A stretch of 45,709 nucleotides of DNA, taken from Geosiphon pyriformis uo1. Taxonomy: Eukaryota; Fungi; Glomeromycota. Position 1 is the first letter of the stretch, and the number at the start of each line of letters is the position of its first letter. The notes under the pieces were generated by a model. The model saw only the letters and a list, made by a program, of their open reading frames with translations. It did not search any database and was not told the origin of the DNA. Shown here piece by piece: positions 22,901-37,035 of the stretch. The stretch spans positions 1-45,709 of the forward strand of contig JAAOMT010000683.1 in assembly GCA_016748015.1 (NCBI GenBank). The letters run 5' to 3'. The position numbers and the translations under genes were made by a program.

Positions 22901-25900
22901 GCATCTTTTATAATAAAACTAACAGAAAATATTAAGAATTGAGTTAAAATACTTTTTAAAACTGAAAAATTGTTACTATAGAAAACATTAAACTTGTCAT
23001 AAACAGATAAAATAAAATTTGATAGAATTTTGGACAAGATTTTTCTGGTAGTTTTAATTAATACAATAGGCTATATGTTAGTTAAAACTCTATTTTAATT
23101 ATATGACTTAGAAATTATTGAAATTCATACACTTTTCCAAAGAACAAAAATGTCTTCAAGAGTTAGACAAATATTTAACAAGATCAAGAAACAGTCTATT
23201 ACCATATCATTGCAATGTTTTTAAAATTTATTAGTTATGTTAAATAAACCAACAACTTTACCATCAGACAAATCACCAATTACTGAGATTAAATCTACTT
23301 TGTTAATAGTACTTATTATGTTAGAAAAAATATCCTTATTCATGTATATTAAAATTATATATTGATAAGCCCACAAATTAGGCAAGACTAAAAAAACTTT
23401 ACACTTTTTTGTCTAATTTTCTATAATTATATCAACCTTTTACTTCATTTTATCTGGCTTTAGAACCAATTTTTTTCCAATTACCAGATGATTTAAAATC
23501 ATTTTTCAAAATAACTATTCTAAGATATTATTAATTATGCTGCTCTTATTAGAACTAAAATTTTTTATTCTCTTATTAATTATATTTTTAATATCAGCTG
23601 TCTTTTTAGTCTTAAATTTTTAATACTTAGATCTTTGATATCTTTTTTTAAATTTTGACAAATACAAAAAGACTTTCTTATTTTTAGTTCTATATTTAAT
23701 TAGAAAAGACAAACCACTTAAAACATTAGTATTCAATATTAACCAAATTTGTTTAAGATAATCAAACTTAGCAACATTCTTAAAAGTAAAGGTTTTAGCC
23801 ACCCTCAAAACCAGAATTTTTAGATTATAGTACTTAGAAGACTGGTTGTTTCTAAAATTATTGAAATCTTTAAACCAATTTCTGAAAAATACTTTGTCTG
23901 CTGATTTAATAACAACCAACTTTACAAGATCTTATATTGCATCCAAATTGCTCTTTTTTTTTGTACTCTAAAATTCATAATATAATTAAGACATTTTAAT
24001 TAATAAATATTCTTTAAACCAAATCCATTTTAACAAATTAGCATTTTTAAAACCAAACTTTTATTGATTTTTATTGGCATGTTTTCAAATAGCATTCAAG
24101 TTTGCATCCAGAAAACTGCCTAAACTAAGTAAGACTACAATAGCTAAATAATTAGTATTAAAAAAATCAAAAACACTACTAATTTCTTGCTTAATTACTG
24201 TTGTTAAAAAATATTTATTAACTAAAATATAATTAATAGTCTTTTTAATATCTTTTGAATTACTCTATGTTAAGAGCTTAACTATCTTAACATCTAATAT
24301 AGAATTGCACAAATTTAAATCAAAACATTTTTTTAAGCTTACACATTATTTTGCTCCATTTTTATTGAAACCACTTTCTAAAACCACATAAAAACTTATG
24401 TTAATTGTTTTGGCAATACACAAATTTACCCTACCAGCTTAATCAAATCGTATTTTAGCAGAATTACTTGCATAAAAACTCAAAATAGTTACTAAAACTT
24501 TTTTGTTAAACAATAATCAAAATAAGAGAAGACAATTAGAGATTTTAGAAACTTTACACACATTCTAAACAAGCAATTGTCTATCACTATCACCACTTCC
24601 AAATCTAGATAACTAGTGTTTAAACCAAATACAAACACTTTCAAGCCTACAAATCTGTTCTTAATCTAAGATCTGATTTGTCTTTTTAATTTTGTCTCAG
24701 TAATAATAGAAATCATATTGCTTGATTCTTTATGTTATCTAATAATGTTTTTTTGTTTTGTTAAATTGTTTATGTTTTTAATATTGCACATAGCAATTTT
24801 TCAAACAAAACTGGTCATTGAAATAAAAATGGTTCTGAAATCAAACCAAATTTGTTTATCTTGGCCAAAAAATTTAAAACTGTGTTTAAAAAACACTTTA
24901 AACTGTCTTCTAACTTATAAACCACTAAAAACTTCAAAGATACCACTTTTGTTACAGTTCTATTACCAGTGGCCAAATCTAAACTCTCACTTATTACAGT
25001 ATTTATTTTTTAATTTCTTAATAAAAAAGTTATTAATGGCTGACTTTTAGGACTAGACTAAAGAACTATTGGTCTGAATTTGTTCAATTTTTTAGTCAAC
25101 TTACTAACTTGTTTCATAAAGCTAGCAAGACTATATTTAAGAGCAGCAAATCTAATATTTAATTTATCAAACACAAGTGAGGTAGGCTTTACTTTCAGAA
25201 AAAAGTCAAATTTTATAGAACTATTTTGCATAAAGAAAGAGGAGAAGAATGTTTTATTAACTATTTTAATTTAAGAGATGTTGCCAAAAAAAACAAATCA
25301 AGTAATAAGCACCAAATATTTGGCATAGATGTTTGCCAGTCTGCTTTTATTTGTTTCTAATAAGCTTTTACAATTTGAATTACCAGAAAATATTTTTCTA
25401 TTCACAGTACAGTCCAATAATATATAATTTAATTTTCATACTTGGTATACTTAGCCAAACTCAGATATGATTAACACAAATTAGTGTCTTTTAGCATTAG
25501 TGTAGTTTTTATAATGGTCTTCAATGATTCAACAAAATCAAAACAGATTATTGTATACTTAGTTTAAATATATGTAACTAGATAATAATTCATAACACAT
25601 GTTTTTTCATTCACAGAGCCAATAAAATTCCAAATATTGTAAGTATTTGTTCTTACTGATAATGTATAAAGCAGTGCCTTATTTTTGTTTTTTGTATTTC
25701 ATAATTTTTTGTTTGTATTAGCTCTGACCACACATACTACATTTTTTCTAATTAAAACAAATTGCATTGCTGTGATTAGATTGGCTTAATTTGAATGACC
25801 AAATTTAATTACAGTTTTTTGTCATAGCTTTACCAGTTGTATTTTGATTAATTTGATCTCACCAAATTCGAATAGTGCAGCATATACAGCATCAACCAAT

Positions 25901-26760
25901 ATTCCAATTGGAATTTTTTTTATTATCACAATCTAATCAAAATACACAGTTGATTTTTTGAGATTGGTGTTTACAGTAATATTCTTAGTTTTTACCAAAA
26001 TAATTATTTGTATCAAGCTTAATTCAGAAGTAAACATAGTTTTAATGATCTCAGCAAATTTTGAGAAGATAAAAATCTCCCCAAAACTATTAATTTTTGA
26101 GAATAATTCCCTTATTATTATAAGTTTTTCTTAAAAAGACTTTCTAACAATATTATCTAAACTAATATCTAAAGTAAAAAAACTTCCTAACAGAAACAAT
26201 AACCAAATTTTTCAAAAAAAAAAAAGATTTGGTGAAACATTCAACAAGATATTATTATTATTATTACTTAAGAAGTTTATTTTTTCTAGAAGTGTACTCA
26301 AAGATTTCTTGGTTTTAACTTATAGACTTTTTGACATTTAGTTAGAATTCTCTCTATTAAAAATGTGTTCTTTACTATAATTAATACTGGTTTCTTCTAC
26401 CAGACATTTCTTTTTCATATTAATACTATTAGATATAATAATATTATTAGTCTCAAAACTTCAAGAATAATCAGTTAAAGTCTTAATAAAAACTATCTTA
26501 TTATCAATACTGTTTTTTAAAACACCATTCTTTTTTTTTTTTAAAAAAAAACTTGTTTGTTATCATTGCCAAAACCAAAATTTCTAATAAAATTCTTTAT
26601 AACAGCCACACTAAGACCAATAATAGTCTTGTAATCAAGCAAAAAAAGTTTAGATTTATTATATTAAATGATCAAAAACTTCTTTATAAAATTAATATTT
26701 TTGGTTGATATTTGAATGTAAGAAAAAAAAAATTTTTTATTTAAAAAAATTTTAAAATAA
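19990..26760 (-). mobile_element. LINE copy C: full length, heavily decayed (ORF1 ~24815-26600, ORF2 ~20123-24818)
   Basis: Collinear with copy B: LPIAVRKRLY...CLFC near 20700, RNase H near 21420, RT core eroded to TSTFMNNTI* at ~22510, APE start at ~24800. Confidence 0.9.
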
Positions 26761-27859
26761 AAAAATTATTACTTTAAAAAAATTTATTATTTTTATAAAT
26801 TTTAAAATTTTTGATTAATAAAACTTCAAACAAAATTTTTTACCAATTTTTATTAAAGCAATAAACTTTGTATTTATTAAAATTTTAAAAAGTCTTGATA
26901 TTATTTTTAATAGATTTTTTATAATTTTTAATAATTTATTATAATTAATTTAACTTATTACTTTACAAAAACAAATATTATTTATATAATTCAAAAATCT
27001 ATATTGTAATTTTTAAAAAAAAAACATTATTATTAATATAATATTTAAGTATTTATTTTTCTATAATAATATTTAATTTTATTAGACTTTAAAATAATAA
27101 TATTTTTAAATTTTTAGCTATTTTGGTTTTATGTATTTTAAAAATACAATAAAATCTCTTAATATATATAAATATAATTATAAATTCACAAAACAATATT
27201 TAATATTTAATAAAACCTGAAACTTTTTGGTTTTAAAAAAATTTAAAAAATATTAAATATATAATAATTTGTATTTTCTATTAAAATTATTTTAAATAAC
27301 AGTTTTTAAAATTTTCAATGTTAATTTTTTTAATTTAAACAACTTAAAAATATTATATTAACTATATTATTAAATTTATAAAACATTATTTTTGCAAATA
27401 TTTTATTGACAAAAAAAATAACAAAATTTTTTACATAATATCTAAATTTATTATTTTAACTTTTTTAAATACTATAAAAGAATCTAATATATAACCTAAA
27501 AGTAAACTCTTAAAATATGGTTAAATTTTTTTATTAGTATTTTTAATTTTGTATTTTTATTAATTTTTATTGATTTATTTTTAAACTATATTGATTTAAA
27601 AATCCAAAAAACTATTTAAATTAAGTTTAATTAAAATTAATATTAAAAAATTTTTTATATTAACAATTTTATAATTAGTTAAAAACCAAACAAACTTTAT
27701 TAATTAAAATAAAATCTAAAGTTTTTTTAATATTTTTAAAATTATAAAAATTTTAATTCAAATACTTTTTAAAATTAATATTGTATTTAATATTAGTTAA
27801 GACTTTATTTTTTAAAAAATTTAATATTATTTTTAATTTTATTAATAATTAAAACTAAA

Positions 27860-30800
27860 ACAAAAATAAACAAAAAAACTTTTTTCTCTTCTTTACTCCA
27901 AATTTTCAAAAGAGTCAAAAAGTTTTTTATTATTCAGTATAATAAATTCAAATCATTTTTGCTTAATTATAAAGCCACTGTTGGTCTTAGTATTATTGTC
28001 ATAAAAAAGACTATTAAAAATTCTGGTTCAACTAATGGTTTCAAATCTGTACAGTCAAAAAAAAAAAATAGTATTTTAGAAGATAATATCAAGATTAAAA
28101 ATGTTTTTGCTAAAGGATTAAGTGGTCATTCTTGAGATTTAGAAGCTAATAATATTATTGAATCTAATAGTATTAACATAGAAAAAAAATGTTTGATTAA
28201 AGAAACCAGTTTTAATTATGGTAATATGGCTATTTTTAATAGCAAAGATGTTGACTAAATGCCAAAAAGCTTGTATATTAAAACCAAAAGGATGTTAGGA
28301 AAACCATTAAGCAAAATAAATTTTTTGAATGATAGTAATAATAATAATATTCTGTTAAATATTCTGTTAATTTTCCCTTTTTTCTTGAAAAATTTAGTTA
28401 TTGTTCTTGTTAAGAAGTCTTTTATTTTAGATATTAATTTAGATAAAATGACTAAGAAGTTTTTTCAAAAAAAGCTTGCAGTAGTTAAAAAGTTATTTTC
28501 AAAAGTCAATAGTTTTGGAAGAACATTTACTCCCTTAAAATTTGCTAACATCATTAGAGCAATGTTTACTTCTAAATTGAATTTAATGCAAGCTACTAAA
28601 AAGACTAAGAATACAAAAATCTTAGTTAATACTAATTTCAAAAAATCTACTGGATATTCAAATCAAGCTGTGGTGGTAAAAGAAATACTAATTGAGATAT
28701 TAGTTGAGACTGTGCATATTGTGCTATCTAAGTTTGGATTAATTAAGTTAATTAAAATACAATTGGTAGAATTTTGGCAAAAAACTGTGATAGAATTTGA
28801 CCAATTAAATCAGACTAATTTGGTTATAGTAAAATAGTCTATTTTAATTGAAAAAAACACTGTGCATATTATTAAAACTGATTTAGACAAAGTAATATAG
28901 GATATGAGAGATTGTTATAAAGCATTTTTTTATATATTGCTAATGGAAACAAATACTTATAATATCTAGGACTTTATTGGTTCTGTAAGTAAAAAAAAAC
29001 ATGTATTATTAATTAACATTTAATTATGTATGCTCAGACCAAATGTGCAGTTGTTTGTTTTGACTTAGTTAAGTTATTAGATGCCATTATGAAAACCACA
29101 CTGGTTTTAAAAAATGCTAATTTGTATTAGTCTTATCTAGATTTAGCAAAGTATACTAAGTATAAAAAATTGAGTTACATGTCATTGAATTGCTCTGTAA
29201 ATGGGAACATTTCTCCTGGTGGTTTATTTTATAAAGTATTAACAAAGAAAAATAAAAGCAGATTGGTCTTTATCTATACTAAACATTTAGTACTGATTAT
29301 CTGCTCTGTTTTTTTTGGTGATGTTTCCTGGACCAAGATTGTTAGTAGATTCTCTTTTTTTCCTCTCTTTGCATAAAATAATATGGTTGATTCTGGATTC
29401 TCTTCAGAGAAAAAGCCATTTTTACCAGTGTCTATAAAATTAGACAGTAGGTTTACCACTCTTGAACACAGTCTCAACAGCTTTGTAAAGCAAGTAAGTA
29501 AACTGGCTAAGAGATTAGATGTATTTGAGCCAATAGTTTCTTAGTCTAGCCTTGAATGTTAGCCATTAGTAACTCTTTTATCACAAAATTAAGAAGCAAA
29601 TATAGTAATAAGTAAAATTTTGAGTGTAATCATTAGTGGTAAGACTGTTGTGAAAGTGGTGGTTTTTAATTAAATGTTTATTTTAAAATTAGAAAAAAAT
29701 ATGGACATTTTGTCAGCTATTATTATAAGCTTAATGACCAAAATGAACAATTTTAGCTTAGGTACAAAAGATTTTTTTCCTCAATAACAGATTTAGTATA
29801 GAAATTTGTTATGTGCAATGTTTAAGATATCAATATCTCTGCAAAACAAAAAGACATTATTTATTAACATAAAAAATTAAGTAATATGGTTTCTTTAATT
29901 ATTAAGACAAAATTAAGGTCTAATATTAAGACATAAATTATAAATAAGTTTGATAAAATTCGGATTTTCACTTCTGGATTGGATGTGGGTTTTTTTGGCA
30001 CTAAAATTGTCATAATTATGAATAATTTTTTGGCTTGATATGTTTCTAAGATGGATAAGATTTCAGATTGGTTGATTTCTGTGTGTTTTTTGTTTAGAAA
30101 CAAGCCTTTAGTTACAATCTTGGAGTTGTATACTGGTGTATTTATTGGTGTACATATTGGCCAAGCTTTAAATATTAATTCTATAATTTTTAAAGCAGTT
30201 AATTTTAGCTCCTTCACAATTTTGGGTGATAACTTTAATGAGAATGAATTTAAAAGAAGTGTGAGTTTTAAGTTCTGTTTGGATTTAGGTCTGGTTAATA
30301 CTTTTAATGAACATTTATTGGCCAAAACTTCTACTTAGAGCAATTTTAGAGGTGTTAAGAAAGTGTTGGATTTTATTTTTGTAAGTAAAAATCTGGCATT
30401 TGTAATTACATGCCATAAAATTGATTGTGTATTAAAGTTTTTTAATACAGATTATAAGATAGTTTCAATCATAATTAGTTTGAGTGAACTTTTAGATGTT
30501 TATTTTAACAGTGCTTATAAATAGACCAATCAAAACTAGTAAAAGTTCAAGTTAGAAAATGCAGATAAAATCTAATGGTTATATTTTAAAGAACATTTTT
30601 TTGTTAAGTTGTTAATAAAGTCAAATATATTTGAAGATGTAAATAACAATAATAATTTGAATACAATATAGATGGTACTAAAACATGTTATGATACAAAC
30701 AGCTGATATGATGTTTTCTAAACATTAGTATAGTAAATATAATTGTTTAAAAAACAAACAATCTTCAAAATTCTTTAAATTAGAGCTGCTTGTTGCAAAA

Positions 30801-33800
30801 ATTATGAAAGTTTGGAGTTTTGAAGATCTTTTGGAGTTTGATTATTTTGTTAAGATTTAATTGGCTATTAATAAAGTTGAGATATTTAAGATTGCTGACA
30901 TGATTCTAAATAATATAAGTTTGATGAATCTGGTCAAACATTTGTCAATGTTGAGAAAAAAGTATCAGAAATCTAAGTATTATAAGTTCAAAGCATCTGA
31001 AAATACAGCTATTAGGAAAACAATTAATTATTGTATAGAAAATTTTTGTTCTGGCAAGAGGTAGATAATAAAAAGCATTTTAGAATGTCTATTTTGCAAA
31101 ATTGTTTTGAATTATTTGATAGTAGAAAATAAGTTGGTGGTTAAGTCTAATGAAATGAAACTTAAAGTAAATAAAATCATAAAAGAATAGACAAAAAAGT
31201 GGTCAGTGCTGCCAAAGATGTCTAATCTTTGGTCTTGTTAATATATGTCTTTGGATTATGTTAATGATGATGTTTTTTCTAATGTGATAAAAGAGATTAA
31301 TATAAAAAAGTTGTTTTTGGTTGTTAATAATTTGCCAAATAATAAAGCTACTAAGTCGTCAAAGATATCTAATGAACTTTAAAAATATTGTGATAGAAAG
31401 ATATTAATTTGTTTTTTGAAACTATTAAATTTATATTTAACTTTGGATACAGTTCTAATTTTTTGAAAGAGAATATGAGTTTCAATGATCCCAAAATCTT
31501 ATAAATAGAATAATATTTTAATAAATATTAAGTCTATTATACTAATTAAGACAGCCTGAAAAATCTTGTTTAAGATCTTTTCTGATTAGATATTATCAGT
31601 ATACAGCAAATTTGATGTTCTTTGTGATAATAATTTTTTGGTGTTAAGCAGTACTTTAACTCAGTTTCCTATTTTTGCTATTGGGTTAATGGTCAAAAAT
31701 ATTCTGAAAAAGAACAAGGAGCTTTGGTTGATATTGCAAAACATGCACAAAGCTTATGATTCAATAGACTAATATCATTTAAAAACTAGTTTATATTGTA
31801 TTAAAATGTGCAGTCAGTTTATCAGGTTTTTTGGCAATATTCATAAAAATTAAATCAACAGAATAATAACAGATTTTGGATTCTCAAATGGTTATAGAGT
31901 ACATAATAGTTTAAATCAAAATAAAGTTTTTTCTTTGCTCTTTTGGAAGATTTTCTATGTCCATTTTTGTGTAAAGTAAAAAGACATGAACACTTGTATA
32001 GATACTGTATTAATATTAAGTTTGTGACAAAAACTAACAGAGTTGAGACTGTTGAAAAAAAAACTTTTTTTTTGATATCAATAATATTTCAATTAATAAT
32101 AATAAGACAATAGCTATTTTTATCAATTAAAATATCAAGACTGTTTTATTGTTGATTAATAATTTGCCAATTTTAATTGCCAAAAAGAGTAAGTTATACA
32201 AATACTTGAATATTTTTTTGTCTATTAAAGATTTTTTTAAGTCTAATTTGGTTCAGACTTATATAGATATCAGGTTTTTTTTTAATGTGGTGCTAAAAAG
32301 ACTATTATGAATAAATAATTTTCTTATTTGATTTTAGCTGTCTTATGGTTTATAGTTAATTATTAGATGCAATTTAGTTTTGTTTTATTAAATGTATATT
32401 GCAAGTGAGATGTAATAATCAGAAAAGATTTTAAGACCAAAGCTAGTTTATCATATGATTTTTCTAGTAAAATTTTGCATCATTTATTTTTGTATCATTT
32501 AAAACTCTTTAAACAAGTGCAATCTAAAAAGAAATTGGCTTTATTGGTTTTTTTTTTCAATGTCTATAGTATTTTTAGGTGTCTATTTAAGCATAAGTTT
32601 TTGAATCTACAAGTTCTGGAATGGTCTTTTTTGAATCTTTTACAGTTTTTTGTCAAGTTGCATATCAGTTTAGTAAATAACTTTTTGGCCAGAGTGAGGA
32701 AAATTTTTTTGGAAAATGAGTTGTCTTTAGTAAATAACTTGCCTAATGCTTTTTGTGAATTTAGTAGATTTTTAATGTTTAATATCTTAAGACAACTCTT
32801 GTTTTATAATTCTGTTTATTTTTTAAAGCAGTTTGGCATTGTATTTGATAACAGACTTTTGAACAAGAAAGAGAATTTGATAGATTAGAAAACATTTCAA
32901 TAATAGAAAAGACTAGATCTAAAGGACCTTGTATCTTACTGGTTTATGTTGGTATCTGAATTTATAAACAAAAATGATTTTTTGAAAATCAAGTCTGCTG
33001 TTGTTCTTAAATTGTCTGTGTTAAATGTCTTGGAATCTGAGAAGTTTTCTGATGTTTGTAGTAGTTTATTAGAGGTTTGGTTTGGTTGTATTAAGATCTA
33101 CACAGATAAGTCTTTAAAAAATGTTGGTTCTGTTGAAATGATAAGTAAAGTGACTGCTTATTTTCCAGTTACTAATGTGGGTATTAAAGTTAAAGTATAT
33201 GGGTTTTTGTCTTTTACTTTGGCTGAGTTACAAGCTGTTGCTTTGGCTTTAGAGTGTGTTTTATCTTCATGTACTGTAATTCTGTATTTGGACAGCCAAT
33301 TAGCAATTAATGCTTGTATATCTGAGACTTTGTTTACAGTGTCTGACTTTCACAGTCAGTATTGAATCAAGAAATTGTATATAGCCAATCTTATTAGAGA
33401 TAAAAATATTTTGGCTAAGTGAGTAAAAATTAAAAAATATTTTGAAGTTTTAAGCAATATTAGAACTGATGTATTGGCTGGTGAAATTACTTCTTCTTTT
33501 TTTTCTTTGCTGGTTGAGATTTGGGAATGGTTTTTAATTGCTGAAAATACTGTTATGTCTGATAATACTTATTATTTTGTTCATAATTTGTACCAGTCAA
33601 TTTGTCATGTTTATAAAAAGCTGGTTCTGATTATAATATGGTTTTAAATATTATGATTAGAAAAATAGATTAGGCTATTACTATAAAGATTTGACAACCT
33701 GATTCGCATATACTTTCTAAATTTATTAGTATAAAATTGGCTAATTTGTGCACTTATATAATAAAAGCAGTACATAGACAACTATTGATAGCAGTTAGAA

Positions 33801-34520
33801 AGAGATTGTATAACAAGAATTATCTTGGAGTGCTGTGCTTGCTATGTAATAAAGTGGAGTTGTCTAATCATGTTTTTACTTGCTTTGATAATATTAGTTT
33901 TTGTAAAAACATTTTGGCTGAAGCTGTTGAAAAATGAGTGTTATTGACAGATTTTTTTTGCTTATCTATTTTTGCTGTTTTACATTTGTTTTTGCTGTGT
34001 TCTTTAAATGTGAATCTGTACACTATAACTTGCAAAAATTTTGTGTTAAGAAATTGATATGCTGAAGCTGTTTTGATCTTTAAAGGAAAAAGGAAGACTG
34101 CTTTGGTTTTTGTCAAATATGTTAAGTTTATGGTAGAATTGCATTGTATTAAGATAGATATAAAGAAGACTGATTTAGTCAGAGATGATGGTTTGGTTTT
34201 AGACTTGATTTACTGTATAATATCTATATTGTTAGATGGGATGGTTTGTATATTTAATGTTATAGAATCTTTTATTGTTAGTTTTGGTAGACACAAAATA
34301 TGTTATTTTTTTTCTGGTTTAGATAGTAATATGTTTATTAGTATAAATACATAATGTTGTCTTGACTGGTCTGAATAATTGGTTACATATAGTAAGTGTA
34401 TAAGCTATATTTAGTTTGATTCACTTAGTTTAGTTGTATGTGCTAAATAGCAATTAAGCTTCATTTGTTAAACTTCATAATAAAAAAAATAAAATAAAAT
34501 AAAAAATAATTAAAAAAAAT
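27860..34520 (+). mobile_element. LINE copy D: full length (ORF1 ~28001-29787, ORF2 ~29784-34354), A-rich tail
   Basis: ORF fragments KKSFILDINL, LGDNFNE, LQNMHKAYDS, IYTDKSL...AELQAVALAL...LDSQ, CLLCNKVELSNHVFTC; tail cataataaaaaaaat at ~34476. Confidence 0.92.
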
Positions 34521-35339
34521 CACAAAATTCGAATTTACAAAAAAAACAAAGATCTAATCAAAAAGATTAAAATTAAAATTATTTTTATTTAAAATTTTGT
34601 TTATTATTTAAATTTAAAATTTATTATTAAATATTACAAAATAATTGATAAAACCCAATTTTCTGATATAAATATAAGTAAAATTCAATTTAATATTATT
34701 TAATAAATATTTTTTAAATTAAAAAAAAACTATTTTAGCAAAATTATACATTAAAACTATATAATTAAGATAATTATAAATAATATACTTGAAAAATTTA
34801 AGCTTAATTTATACTAAAACTATATGTAAATTTTTTAAAATTAATATTTAATTTGTAATTTTTATTATAGTATTTTATTAAGATTTAGTAAATATAGTCT
34901 AACTACTATTTAAAAATTAAGAACAAACTAAATACTCTAAGACTAAATATAATTTATGTACTTTTTACATGTAATCAGCTACTTAAACCAGTTCAAACTA
35001 TGTTATATTAATATAACAAAAAAAACTTATCCAAAACTGATATTTTTTAAATTACATCAAACAATTTAACACTATTAAAAATTAATTTAACTAATTATTT
35101 AACTGTCTTTAAGGAATTAGTTTTAAAATAATTAGGTTTATATATCTAAAAAACATTAAATTAGAAAATTTATGGTACAAATTATTTATAGTCATCAAAA
35201 AATTTATATAATTTTAAATTATATCTAGTCTTTTAATTTTAATAATATTAAAAAACTAAACTATAAATATATTAGATTAAGTTCTTTTCTTTCACATTTA
35301 TGATTTAATTTTTTGAATTATATTATAATTTATAAAGTT

Positions 35340-36910
35340 ATTAAAGTTTAAAATTAGCCACTTTTATTATTAATCTTTAATTTTTGAATACTAATCAATC
35401 AGATTTTAGCCAATCAAGAATTATTAAAGTCATATTACCATATGATAAATCATTAAAGTATTATTATTTTCAGAAAGACTTTCAATTAATATTAATCTAA
35501 TCTTTAAATAATCATTTTTTTATAAAGATATAATATCTTTTGGTTTGCATGTCTTCTGCTGGTAACACAGCACCATTAATTATAAATATTCTATTTATAC
35601 CACCACCATATTTGGTTGTTATTATTAGAACAGAAACCCAAAAATTAATATTGTTCACATTAAGTGTCAAAAAAATTGTAAAAATACTATAAGTAATTGT
35701 TAGAAAATTTGAGAATGTTATTTGCACTCTATTTGTAATCTTGTATTATTATAATGTGAATATTTATTTTGAATTCACAAATAATTTTTCAATAACTATA
35801 ATTTTGTATTTTAAAAAATTGCTTAAATTTAAGAAATATACAAAATCCCCTATAATAAAGTTTTCTGGTTAAATTTAATATTTGAATAATAAATTATATT
35901 AAAAAAAAATATAATAACTAAAATACTTATTGTGTATTTGACCAAATTATAATCTAGTTTTAGAATTGGTTTTCTAGACTGTAAAAAAAATTTTAATTGT
36001 TGAATATTTTAACAACTTATTAAAATGTGATATATAATAGCTTATTACAATAATCAAAAAACTTACATCAGTTGGTATTAATTTAGGAAAATTAGATTGA
36101 AATTAAAAGTTTTTTGGCTTTACCTTGATTAAAAAAACTGAAATTGTCTTAAAACCAATAATCTTGAATAGCTCTTTTTTGTTAGTGTTGTACATTTTCT
36201 AATGAGTTTGTTTTGATGCAAAAAATATATAAAACATATTAATTCAAGTAGATAAAATTCAGATTTTTTTATAAAAACCTAATAAACTTCTCACTTGTAA
36301 GAATTTGGCATCTTTAAAAATATGTAAATTATTATTAAAATACATAGTATTTTTAAAATTAATTGTAAGTTTTAATTGAATTCATAAATAGATAATATTC
36401 TTTTCGAATTTTTCACTGATATAATATAGAAAACATATATTAAGTATTAAGCAATTGATAAAAAAAAAGTGCATAATACTAACCTCAATTATGTATAAGG
36501 ATTTTGGCTCTTTGATCACATTATAATATTCTGAATATTTTTTTTTGGATGATAAATCTATAAATAATTTAACATATTATCAACCATTGAATATAAAAAT
36601 AAGAAATTACAATTAGGCTGTAATACTAAAATTAAAATTTATAAAAATCAAAATTCTTTTGAGTTGGTTGTTTAATTGTCAATGTTAGATTTTTTTGCCC
36701 AAATTTCTTGTCATAAGTTGAAGAAATTTTTGTGACAACTATTTTTATTAATATTACCTGAATTTTTAGTTCAAATAATCTTCCCAATCCCAATAAAAAA
36801 TTTTTTTGATAAATGCTAAAAGAGCTTTTTTTGATTGCTTCTTATCTAGAACTACAAAACAAAAATTAAAGTTTAAATTGGAACCAAAGAAATTTAAAGA
36901 ATAGATATAT
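35340..36910 (-). pseudogene. Intron-containing bromodomain + BAH gene remnant (Rsc1/Rsc2/polybromo-like) inside the transposon
   Basis: Exon ~36590-36484: NG**YVKLFIDLSSKKKYSEYYNVIKEPKSLYIIE. GT-AG intron 36483-36416. Next exon ...SIYEFN*NLQLI/FKNTMYFNNNLHIFKDAKFLQ. Introns 36294-36199 and 36066-35979. Then ENFIIGDFVYFLNLSNFLKYKIIVIEKLFVNSK (~35866-35770, BAH start). Outer boundaries are uncertain. Confidence 0.78.
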
Positions 36911-37035
36911 ACTTGAATTAAAAATGCTATTTTTATTGTGATACAATTTTGTTGTACAATATTACATAATTCAAATTCTTTAATTTTGTTTAAGCACCAA
37001 TTACACACTAGATTAACATCACATTACATAAAAAA

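Noticed and set aside
5140-26760. Telomeric retrotransposon array
   Set aside because: No telomeric repeats, the array is internal, and LINE D is in the opposite orientation.
26760-27860. Extremely AT-rich spacer between back-to-back LINEs C and D as a centromere or origin
   Set aside because: No specific motif; consistent with terminally decayed repeat DNA, like 17180-17680 and 42550-43600.
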